Shown: piece by piece, positions 1 to 12,185 of the stretch
How the letters are laid out: each line of letters starts with the position of its first letter
Numbering within the stretch: position 1 is the first letter of the stretch
NCBI RefSeq assembly: GCF_001194135.2
Contig: NC_068985.1
Coordinates: forward strand, 69,678,132 to 69,722,395
Source of the DNA: Octopus bimaculoides
Taxonomy: Eukaryota
Reading direction: 5' to 3'
DNA length: 44,264 nucleotides
The notes under the pieces: generated by a model
What the model saw: only the letters and a program-made list of their open reading frames with translations
Told to the model about the DNA's origin: nothing
Database searches by the model: none
Made by a program: the position numbers and the translations under genes

Positions 1-215
1 TACGTAAAATACTATCTATGTGATCTCAAATTTTAACGCAAACACATAATTTTCTTATGGTTTCTCAAACATTCACTTGAACAAAACTGTACAAATCCAA
101 ATATATGGTACCCTAGGTATAACACCTACATGGATTTCTAACTTGTTGTCTCTTGAGGTCTCTGGGTGAGACCTGGATCCAACTTGTACAAATGTAGAAA
201 CAAAAGTCAAACATA

Positions 216-275
<60 letters not shown>
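1..275 (+). mobile_element. 3' end of an R4/Dong-type (RLE) non-LTR retrotransposon with (TAA)n tail
   Basis: Bases 3-23 read RKILSM*, like the R4 C-terminus (compare LRKTLSIQ* in the copy ending at 12908). About 190 bp of 3' UTR follows and runs into (TAA)n. Confidence 0.7.
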
Positions 276-303
<28 letters not shown>

Positions 304-342
304 AAGAAGAAGAAGAAGAAGAAGAAGAAGAAGAAGAAGAAG

Positions 343-374
<32 letters not shown>

Positions 375-386
375 GAAGATGAAGAA
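216..386. repeat. Compound microsatellite (TAA)n then (GAA)n
   Basis: Directly visible. It explains the poly-L/I/F ORFs at 73-401. Confidence 0.97.
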
Positions 387-848
387 TATCAAACATAACA
401 ATAGTAATTATATTCTACCAAATAATACCCCCAATATACACTCTAATAATAGTTATAATTGCAAGAAAATAGAAATAGTAATAATTGCAATAGAAAAGAA
501 ATAAGTTACCAATGTGTAGTAAGTAGTCAATCGAGTAATAAGGTATATGTGGGGGCCACCCCAAACCGTATGAAACGTACACTGAATTACCATCTGTATA
601 CCTTCAGAAACAAGAATAGGAAGAATTCTAGTGGTTTGAGTAATTATATGTGGAACCTTAAAAATAAGGGTATTAGTTATGACCTCCTTTCGAAAATTTT
701 AGCCTCAGCTCCTGCGTATTATTTAAAGAATAAGTAATGTGACGTTCTATTTATATTAAAGGCCAACCTCCCTCTACTGAACAATGAAAAAGAAAGTAAG
801 AAATTATGCCTTCATAAGACTAAATTCACCTTCTCTAAATATCATTAA
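387..848 (+). pseudogene. Penelope-like element GIY-YIG endonuclease remnant
   Basis: ORF 459-737 has a Cys-rich linker followed by KVYVGAT..R...YH..TF...SSGLSNYMWNLKNKGISY..KILASAPAY. Beyond the stop the homology continues as LLNNEKE..KLCLHKTKF, typical of the PLE C-terminus. Confidence 0.82.
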
Positions 849-2525
849 TATTAACTGTTTTTAATGCTAGTGCCACCTTTGATAATAACATTGTTTTTTC
901 CTAATCTGAGTATTATATATTGAATGCCATCCTTTTCTAATAGATGTGTAAGACACCATTCACTATATATCTTATATGGTATTTTCTTTATAAATAAATA
1001 TACATCTAACTAGCATATATATAATCATATCAGTTTTTCCTTGGGATATTACTCTATATATTTCTAATCATTTATTTTGAAGTCCTTATTTTTAAGCACT
1101 TATTTTAAGAATTTATCCGTGAGTATTGATCCATATACCTATTTGTATTTAGTGTTTGTATATGTAGATGTAGTCAAGTACATCTTATGACAATATACTC
1201 TATAATTCTAACCTTTCATCTCTACCTTAGCCAGAATAACTGCCATTGTAATTATAATTAATTCAATAAATTTATAATTCTATGACTTAAAAAATTTATA
1301 GAATTGTAATACCACACAGGTTCATTATCTTCTCTGAGATCTACCTCTATCCTAACATGAGTACATTCTGTTTCTCTCTATAATAGAAAATAACCTACAC
1401 CTTATTTTAAGTGTCTAAATATATATCTGTACCATAACATTGGAACTCAATACACGGTTACCCCACTTCAACTGTACTCTATAATTCTGAAAATATTTTC
1501 ATTCATTGATTTTCACCTTTGCCTTCCTATTTCTGGCAATTACTTGTAAATTGGAAATTATAGCTTAGATCTATCCATAACAGAATAACATTTCCTAAAC
1601 CTTATTTTAGTGCATAATTTATCTCTGCTCTATAATACGATATTGTACTAATCGGCTACCTCCCTTCGCTAGAGTCCAACAGTGCTTATTTTTCCATTCA
1701 TCCTTTTATTTTTCTCGTTCAGACAACTACTTGTAAATTTGATCTATGTCACATTCTTTGAATATTTTAAGTTTTTGTATTTATTTGTCTTGTATTTTAT
1801 TGATAGACCTAACGGACCTGAAAAATGCCATTGGTTTCAAATATTAGCGGACCAATTAAGTTGTAGGATTAACTTTGACCTCACCCTACTCTTCATAAGG
1901 GTATTAGGATGAGGTTTATGCTAATAAGTAATAATATCACACTAAGATTTTTCCCAAATTATTTCTTCATTGATATATTTAGTATTGATTTCTCCAAACA
2001 ATATCACATTAAGTTAACTTTGTTAATGCTTTTTAATGATGCTCTATTACATAGCAGTCAGCCCCTAACTTTTGACCCCTGTGATAAGGACCATCCCATT
2101 AAACTCACTCCACAGTGTCTTACCCTCGCTATTTCCCCCAGCAGTAAATTTGAAATAGGATGTAACTTCCGTAATCTGTTGAAATTAATCCTACAAGTAA
2201 CTTTCTTTACCATAAGTTGTAATCCAATCGCTTATGGATATCTCTTCGAATTGACGTTTTTAATATTCCTTACTATTTCTATTATGTTATTATTTTATTT
2301 TATTATTTTACCTTACTACCTCATATGTTATTGTAAATGTTGCGAGACCCAACGAAAACTTTAGAAAAATAAAGAAAGAAATAAGGGTAAGTTTTTCTGG
2401 TGAGTGTGTTAAATTATAAATGCACTAAAAGAGAATGAGTCTCTCCAGACACAACAGAATGTGTTTCAACACACGAACTCGCATAAAGAATCCTGAAAAC
2501 CAAATCTGTTAAAGTCTGTCATACC

Positions 2526-2565
2526 GGCCATGACGAAGGGAAATAGCCCTGAAACTCGAGTCGCC
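2526..2565 (+). ncRNA. Minimal type-I hammerhead ribozyme-like motif (PLE pLTR type)
   Basis: ggc-(ca)TGACGA-aggg aaatag ccct-GAAA-c tcga g-TC|gcc. Stem II is 4 bp, stem III is palindromic (ctcgag), the site is GUC and stem I is ggc/gcc. The core start is non-canonical (extra A, or A at position 3). Confidence 0.62.
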
Positions 2566-3558
2566 TTTATATATTTATATTTATATATTTATATATTTGA
2601 TCCTTTATATTGAACACTCAATATTTCATCTACATTCAATACTTTCTTTCATGGTGCCATTTATTTTATTTTATTTTATATTGTATATTGTATATTATAT
2701 TATATATTGTATATTCCATATTCTATACCCCACATTAGTTCTGCAGGAATATAAATAAAACATAAAAACCGACAGTGTTGGAACTCTTTTAAACAAAATA
2801 ATATATATATNNNNNNNNNNNNNNNNNNNNNNNNNNNNNNNNNNNNNNNNNNNNNNNNNNNNNNNNNNNNNNNNNNNNNNNNNNNNNNNNNNNNNNNNNN
2901 NNNNNNNNNNNNNNNNNNNNNNNNNNNNNNNNNNNNNNNNNNNNNNNNNNNNNNNNNNNNNNNNNNNNNNNNNNNNNNNNNNNNNNNNNNNNNNNNNNNN
3001 NNNNNNNNNNNNNNNNNNNNNNNNNNNNNNNNNNNNNNNNNNNNNNNNNNNNNNNNNNNNNNNNNNNNNNNNNNNNNNNNNNNNNNNNNNNNNNNNNNNN
3101 NNNNNNNNNNNNNNNNNNNNNNNNNNNNNNNNNNNNNNNNNNNNNNNNNNNNNNNNNNNNNNNNNNNNNNNNNNNNNNNNNNNNNNNNNNNNNNNNNNNN
3201 NNNNNNNNNNNNNNNNNNNNNNNNNNNNNNNNNNNNNNNNNNNNNNNNNNNNNNNNNNNNNNNNNNNNNNNNGACATTATTTTTTGTTAGCTTATTTATT
3301 CGTGCATACCAATATATACATACCTATATATATATATATATATATATGCACACTGGCACACACATACACACACACACACACACACACGCACACATACACA
3401 CACACACACATAAATTCATATATGTAAGTTAAAGAATATATATGCATATTTTCAACCGAAATTAATCTGAAAGAAATAAATCTGCTCTAATGGCATCGGA
3501 AAGATTTTATGAATTTGTACAATTTGTACAACATGGACGATTTCTTTGTTTGTTTGAT

Positions 3559-3605
<47 letters not shown>

Positions 3606-4959
3606 GTGTGTGTGTATGTGCGTGTGCGTGTAACGTATAATATATATATTTAAATATTTAATATATATTAAATTTTAAATATTTAAATGCATATTAAAAT
3701 ATATATTGTACGTAAAATATATATTTTATTGATAGTTAAGTTACTGTATTATTTGACCCGAGTTTGACCATCTTTTATGGTCATGCTCTGTTAAATATAA
3801 GATAAATATCGAAGTTAAAATGTCACCCGTGATACACGCTATTCTGCACTTTGTCAACGACGATTATTTGTATCCAGCTAAATGCATGGACGAGAATTAT
3901 TCGTCTTCTAATGTCGAAATTGGGAGTAAATCATTCGCTGAAATTTCCAACACACATCTGTCTAAATAAAGGTCCGGTATACAGAATAAGAGGATAGCTT
4001 AATTTAAAATGATCAGTGATGTGTCATGCTTAGTATACATATCCTATTGCTAGTCCCTTCCTGCATTATTCGTCATATAATACTACTTTTTATCATTTTC
4101 AACAATAAATGTTGCAGACATAGCATACGATGATCGGTAGATATTAATTTTCCTTCCTGAGATTTTACTAATTATCTAATATTGAGTTTACTCTCCAAAA
4201 TAGATCTCTATAATTATTTTACCATTTTTGTTGAAATTTAATTTTTTTCCCCACTCTCTTCTGTTCACAGATGTTTACCAGATTTTTACTTCTGCTGTGT
4301 AGAATATTTCACGCTCATACACTTCAGCTCTTGTCTGTCAGACGCTATACAATCTTCTTGCCGGAAACCATCAAGAAACCTCCCCGTGATATTTCTCATT
4401 GATTTTTTTATCACTTGTCTTTCTCCCACACAACTATTGTCTTTACTTGCTTTTTATGTTCAATTTAAATACAACCTATATTCGGGAAAATAACGTATGC
4501 ACATGCATACAATTGGCACCGAAGACCACACTTAACATTCACACGTAACCTTCCGGTCACAGATACATGCTTATATTTGCAGATACTTATCCTTTGCACA
4601 TATATTCTGAGCTCTTCTATAGAACATTTCGATATAAATCCTAACATCCCTCTCCAATATTCCCATTTCCTCCCTAACTATTCCTGTTCGGCACACTCCA
4701 CCTATGACTTTCGCCTTATTCTAATAAGGAACTAACAAGAGAAAAGTTATAACTCCTTTTCTTTTTATTGAGTTGTTAAGATTATATGGAATTTGTCAAA
4801 ACTACCCTCTTGCGTTCTCTTTTTCTGTTGTTCATTGATTTTACATTATACACAAAAACATACACAACCAACGTTCCACACCATATGTATATATACGTAT
4901 ATGTATATATATATAGATAGATATACATATGTATATGTATATGTATGTATGTATGTATA

Positions 4960-4990
<31 letters not shown>

Positions 4991-7556
4991 NNNNNNNNNN
5001 NNNNNNNNNNNNNNNNNNNNNNNNNNNNNNNNNNNNNNNNNNNNNNNNNNNNNNNNNNNNNNNNNNNNNNNNNNNNNNNNNNNNNNNNNNNNNNNNNNNN
5101 NNNNNNNNNNNNNNNNNNNNNNNNNNNNNNNNNNNNNNNNNNNNNNNNNNNNNNNNNNNNNNNNNNNNNNNNNNNNNNNNNNNNNNNNNNNNNNNNNNNN
5201 NNNNNNNNNNNNNNNNNNNNNNNNNNNNNNNNNNNNNNNNNNNNNNNNNNNNNNNNNNNNNNNNNNNNNNNNNNNNNNNNNNNNNNNNNNNNNNNNNNNN
5301 NNNNNNNNNNNNNNNNNNNNNNNNNNNNNNNNNNNNNNNNNNNNNNNNNNNNNNNNNNNNNNNNNNNNNNNNNNNNNNNNNNNNNNNNNNNNNNNNNNNN
5401 NNNNNNNNNNNNNNNNNNNNNNNNNNNNNNNNNNNNNNNNNNNNNNNNNNNNNNNNNNNNNNNNNNNNNNNNNNNNNNNNNNNNNNNNNNNNNNNNNNNN
5501 NNNNNNNNNNNNNNNNNNNNNNNNNNNNNNNNNNNNNNNNNNNNNNNNNNNNNNNNNNNNNNNNNNNNNNNNNNNNNNNNNNNNNNNNNNNNNNNNNNNN
5601 NNNNNNNNNNNNNNNNNNNNNNNNNNNNNNNNNNNNNNNNNNNNNNNNNNNNNNNNNNNNNNNNNNNNNNNNNNNNNNNNNNNNNNNNNNNNNNNNNNNN
5701 NNNNNNNNNNNNNNNNNNNNNNNNNNNNNNNNNNNNNNNNNNNNNNNNNNNNNNNNNNNNNNNNNNNNNNNNNNNNNNNNNNNNNNNNNNNNNNNNNNNN
5801 NNNNNNNNNNNNNNNNNNNNNNNNNNNNNNNNNNNNNNNNNNNNNNNNNNNNNNNNNNNNNNNNNNNNNNNNNNNNNNNNNNNNNNNNNNNNNNNNNNNN
5901 NNNNNNNNTATATGTATATATATATAGATAGATATACATATGTATATGTATATGTATGTATGTATGTATATACATCTTTTTATATGTACACACAATACAG
6001 AGAGAAACGTGTCATTTCTATGCGTTGATACGCATAGTAGCATCAAATTATGTATAGCTTTTGTGTAGCAACTCAATGGCATAACTATGAAGAATCAGTT
6101 CACACACTTTTATAATTAATATAATAATTCAGAATAAAACAACATTCTGTATTTCTAAAACATCAATCAAAAATATTCTACAGAAAATCCATTGATGTCC
6201 AAAAAAGTACATCGTTTATTGAAATTAGCGTGTTCTTTTTTATTCAATTGCCTCAATTGCAAAGTAAATAACTTGGTAATCTTTTACTACAGAAATTAAA
6301 AAAAAAAAGAAAACTCAGAGCAGCGCAACAGAAAAGACAAAAAAAATCAAACAGTAAATAAAATGTTTGTGATATTTTTGTGATTTAAAAAAAAATTCCT
6401 CTTTTCCTCTTTTCTTTTCAATAGAAGACATGGTAAAGCAAACTCAAGATCTTTTTGAAGAAAGGTGTTTAGCAAAAGAAGACTTTAGTTAGATTATTCA
6501 AGCATTCAGTTAGTAATATATTGGCAAACACACACACACAAGCGTGCATATACACATACATATGAACATATGTTTGCGTGTATGTGATGCACAACCTCGG
6601 ACACACACACAGATGCACACACATGCAGTCACACACTTATGTATCATGTGAATTTTGTATATGTGTGTACATCAGTTTGTTTTCATTGACAGCATGAATC
6701 AACGTTCTGCTATTGAAAAATACCCGGATATTCTTTATATTGGTCTTGTCATTGAATGTTTTAATTAGTCAAATCCAGTGTGTTACTGTCAGAACTCGCA
6801 CCCGCATAGCTTTAACTCTATTCACTGAAATAAACACATGTATATATTTCTATGTTGTATCATTTCTCCACATATATAGTCATACCAGATGTGTGTGTGG
6901 CGGATGTACATACACACACACACGCTCACACACACAAACTCACACACACACAAACACATGCACACACATATATATATATATATCAAGGCTGATCTTCATA
7001 CATATACTATATTTACTGCACGTACCTTCTTTCGCACAAGCAAACTGATATGCGCACGTGTATTTATGCACACTGTCGCGTATGCATTTCACACAAAAGA
7101 AACGGGTTCCCATTTACAAATATAAAAAAAGAAGAGAAAATGTTCAAGTGACACACAAATATCATAAGCAACATTTTTACAATGGAAGAGAAACTCAAAT
7201 GTCATGCAAGAAGACATACTGTGAGAAATTGAGAACCGAGTAGGAAAGAAAATTAGTTTCATGACGCATATCTAAATGAAATCAATAACACTGAATAGAA
7301 CTTGCAAAGGAATCTCGAATAGACGAGTTGCTCGTTAATCTAAATTTGAAATAGAAAAAGTGAATCTATTTCAGGTGTTTTATTTTGTCTTTCAGAAGAA
7401 TACAAAATGATTCAGTTGGCTTTCAATAATAGAATGCATAGCACCTGGAAAATTACAATTTGGATCCAATAATGAATGTTATTGGGAAACGAAATTCATA
7501 ATGACACAGCCATGCTTGGGGTTTCAGTTTGTGTGAATGTAATGTTGTGATTGTAT

Positions 7557-7588
<32 letters not shown>

Positions 7589-10500
7589 AATCAATACAGC
7601 GAAAAAGTCTCAAAAAAAAAATACAAGTCTAGTTGTGTTCATATTCTTCCCACCTTCATATAACATACTTGCAAAAAATATAAAATAAACTCTTTCATCA
7701 CAACTATGCTAGTGCGCACATACCTACTACATTAGTTCTGGATCGTCGCTGGCCTGGAACTAAAATTCAAAACAGACATTATGAAGTCTAAACGGATAAA
7801 CTGTACCTGTTTTCATGTGCGGCTCTAATAGATTGTGAGATTTAAATCTCCACGTGGTAATGGTTTGTCTTTTGTGTAATCCACCTATATCGAAGCAATC
7901 GGATATTTCCCTGTAATGGTTTTGCAATAAGTCAAAATATCTATACACTTTCCTCTACATTTCTCCGCATTAGTCTTTCAGACATTTAAATATTTCCATG
8001 CTGTGTTATTTCTGATGTGACTCTGCAATATAAAAATAATATCAACGCAGCTTCTTTTTTATTACAGTGCTTCTCTTATATGAACAACATTTAGAATTGG
8101 TACAAATCTGATACTCATTTCTCACTTTACTCTTACCCGAGTATAGATTGTTGGTCGTGTCTAAAGCAATTATGTGGTTGTTTGTTGTTACCTAGGTTAT
8201 TCTACTGTAGGTAGTGAGGTGAAAAATATTATTTAGATAAATTATTCCGGCTATTCCCAAACTCATTCCCAAAGTTCATGTTATGGGCTGCAATGTGGCT
8301 AAGAAAACGTCGCATTTTCTCCAATACCTGATCAATTACTCAATGCCTGTATCCTTTGAAGATAATGTACAGTCAAATTGGATAATTGACTTAGATCAAA
8401 TATCATCATTGCTGTTTCCGCATTCTCTAACAACATGCTTAAGAGAACAACGTTTGCATTCTTCGACAATATGTGGCTGAGTACGAATTGTGGAATCTTT
8501 GATTGTATGTGTGTGCTTCTGTATGTTTGTAACAACGTCAGGAAGAAGCAAAATATGGGATATTAACGAATCCACCATCACCATCACCAACAACAAGAAA
8601 AATAATTCCACCTCCACCACCACCAATAGCAAGAGTATCAATAGATCCATCATCGCCACCACTAACGACCACAATCATAGCAGCGGCAGAATCATTTCCA
8701 TACATAATGAGGCAATATTTTACGCATAAAATTATTGACATGCCGTTTACAGGGATCTGGCGGTGGCAGTATAAACACTGCTCAATACAGACAAACTAGC
8801 GGGTAATGCCGCATGTCAATAAAGATGGAATCTGCAAAAAACACTAACTTACAAAAGCGGTAATAGCAAAACAGGAAAAATAGAGAATCCAACTGCTGCA
8901 CAGACAGGTGAATGCCAGAAAGATGTCTACGTTGTGATACGGTATATGAGAAACCAATAGAAAATCTTATTCCGATGCGCTACTTAGAAAAGCATATTTT
9001 AATTCCCCCCTACTGAATAAATGAGCCAATAAAGTGATCATTTCCAGCATGCCACCATATTGAATATACCGTATTTCGGGAGAATACCAGAGGAATTTGA
9101 TATTCTCAACGTACTATTGAACTCATAAGAGGGTTGGTCTATAATGAAGTTGGTGGTGTAAATGCTGCTCACAGACAAAAAAAAAAAAAAAATCCAGAAA
9201 ATCTTTGACACCATTTTTGTGAAGGCATGGAGACCATAAAAGTTGCGGCAGATGGCAGAAAGCTTAAAAGTTACGTCTGAAGGAATACTTTCCCTGAAAA
9301 GTTCTTTGCCCTCGCTTAAACAAACAACATCACTCTTGCCAACACCACAAACACATCAGCACCTCAACCAGCAAAAAAAGATTTAGAAAAGAGAACAACT
9401 GCATCAAAAATAAGGCAGAGTAAAAGCTTCCTGCTCTCATAACAGAGCAAGTTTCTCTCGACCTCTCTAGTTACCTATAAAAAAATCNNNNNNNNNNNNN
9501 NNNNNNNNNNNNNNNNNNNNNNNNNNNNNNNNNNNNNNNNNNNNNNNNNNNNNNNNNNNNNNNNNNNNNNNNNNNNNNNNNNNNNNNNNNNNNNNNNNNN
9601 NNNNNNNNNNNNNNNNNNNNNNNNNNNNNNNNNNNNNNNNNNNNNNNNNNNNNNNNNNNNNNNNNNNNNNNNNNNNNNNNNNNNNNNNNNNNNNNNNNNN
9701 NNNNNNNNNNNNNNNNNNNNNNNNNNNNNNNNNNNNNNNNNNNNNNNNNNNNNNNNNNNNNNNNNNNNNNNNNNNNNNNNNNNNNNNNNNNNNNNNNNNN
9801 NNNNNNNNNNNNNNNNNNNNNNNNGCCAGCAGTGTTGTGGTCGTGGTGATGTGTTCACGGTCATGGCAATTGTGAGACTGTTCTTGTTTGGTTCTTTTTC
9901 TTGTTGATAGTAGGATGCAATTTCAGTGTGGTCTTTTATTTCTATAAAGGTGAACATGCCATAAAAGAAACAAACATTCGCACTGGATCTTCTTGATGAA
10001 GATGACAAAGCGTAAGACGAAATAGATGATTACATTTGAATAAAATATAAGGGATTTGGGTTCTATCTGAAACACATCAAGCAAAAGTATAGAAACATTT
10101 CCATTGGCTTCTATTGATGGCGTGTTGTTTGTGTTGATAGAATAGTGGTTATAATGATCCTACTATAATGATATTATGATTAGGAACCCTCAGTATAGGA
10201 TCAAAAGCGTTCTAGTCTATAATACAACATACATTGTTCAGCTGTATTGAAATTTAAACCTGTTGTACATTATTCAAAGTATTCCTATTTTGAAAACAGC
10301 GGTGCATCGATTGGAAGAGATTTGACTGCAGTTTTAGTAAATTGAAGACCACTCTCAGGCTTCTTTATAGGTACGTTTGTTGATTTATTCATTGTGTTGT
10401 CGGTGATTGAGATGATAAAAGTAGAAATGGTATTTTTATGTTGGTGTGGTGGACAGGAAGATGGCAGGAATCGAGTTTATATTTTATCATTAATCTTTTA

Positions 10501-11786
10501 AAACAAAAATATCATTTATCATTTACAGTTCATCAGAAAATCTTATTTCCTGTTTATCTTACTAGATAAATTCTATTTATTATTTTTCGACAGATAAATG
10601 TTAATTTATTGCTCAAGAAATACAATTTCTCTTTTATTATAGTAAGTAAACATTGTTTACCATATTTTACGAGTGGCATAAAGTTTGCGGTAGACTTGAT
10701 TCAATCTAATCGTGTAACACAGAATTGATTCACGTGAAGGTTAAACTTTATTTATTTGTTTATTTATTTAATAGAAAGGAGCTGTTTTCATGACTTTTGT
10801 ATTCTCTGTAGACTGGTTACCTCGGTGCAGTGGATATCTGTTTTAACCACTTAGAAGTTGACTACGGAAGGAAAACGTATGGAAGCAGGGCATTCCAAAG
10901 ATTGGTTATACTGGGAAATAATGATTTGGTTGTGCGGGTGTTTGTATGTTTGTGAGAATGTATTTGAATATTTGCGTATGCGTGCACATCTGTATGTATG
11001 GATATTGTCAGATCGTTCTAGCGTCTAGAAACATCAAAGCTCAGCCGATCACATACTACCAACTTAAATAAGTGAGTGCGAACAATGATATGATCGATAT
11101 ACTGAAACACAGGATGGTGAAGTAAGTCTGGTTTTCTTTAATCGTATGACTGCATGATGATGAATAACCTTAGGCTAAACAACAGCAACAACTTGTCTGG
11201 CTTATTACAATCTTCCTTGCTATGAGATGTGTAAAAGGAAATCAAATCCTACGACTTGTCTGGTGCTCTTAGTATGATTGGCTGGGATGAAATGATTTTT
11301 TTTTTTTTGAGAAGCGTGATGAGGTTTTCAAAAATTATATTTTATTTGAATTTCTACCGAACTATTTAAAACATTTATATATGGATACCTGAGTTCGCAA
11401 CGTCAAGTTCTTTGTTAAATATAAATAGAAACAATTTAGATCTTATCAACAAAACATCAATCAATCTGAATGGGAAGTTCCTCGTTACTCTATTTCCAAA
11501 GAAGTTACTCCTAGAAAGTGTAAGAAAAGTAGAGATGGTTGGGCATTAGATCTGCAAGTATTCAGCGCAGCACACCAAAAGCCCCTCTAATCGTGGTAGA
11601 AGGCGAAGACTGTGAAGTCAATGCACCTGTGCGGTAGAGAGTAGAATGGTTTTGGTAACTGAATACTTACTAGATAAATTGACACCAGCTTGTCTTTGAA
11701 TATGTTCAATATGATATATTTTTTTTTGTGTGTGTGTAATAACAGTTCAGTATCAGATATGTAAACATAATGTAATTATATTTCCC

Positions 11787-12185
<399 letters not shown>

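Noticed and set aside
4890-5975. Near-identical ~60-bp sequence on both sides of the 4991-5908 gap
   Set aside because: Low-complexity sequence, most likely overlapping contig ends (an assembly artefact).
4782-6082. Long ORFs spanning gaps (also 24927-26886, 27456-28343, 31337-33266, 39935-40593, 42360-42863) and poly-I ORFs at 11730-12188
   Set aside because: They are artefacts of N runs and microsatellites.
6425-6464. Possible 40-nt exon (polypyrimidine-AG, DMVKQTQDLFEER, weak GT)
   Set aside because: No recognisable homology or partner exons. Similar splice-like signals near 7396, 10809 and 11122 are equally unsupported without RNA data.
9100-9200. YNEVGGVNAAHRQ resembling piggyBac YN...GGVD..DQ
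   Set aside because: A single short motif with no supporting flanking motifs or TTAA/TIR ends.
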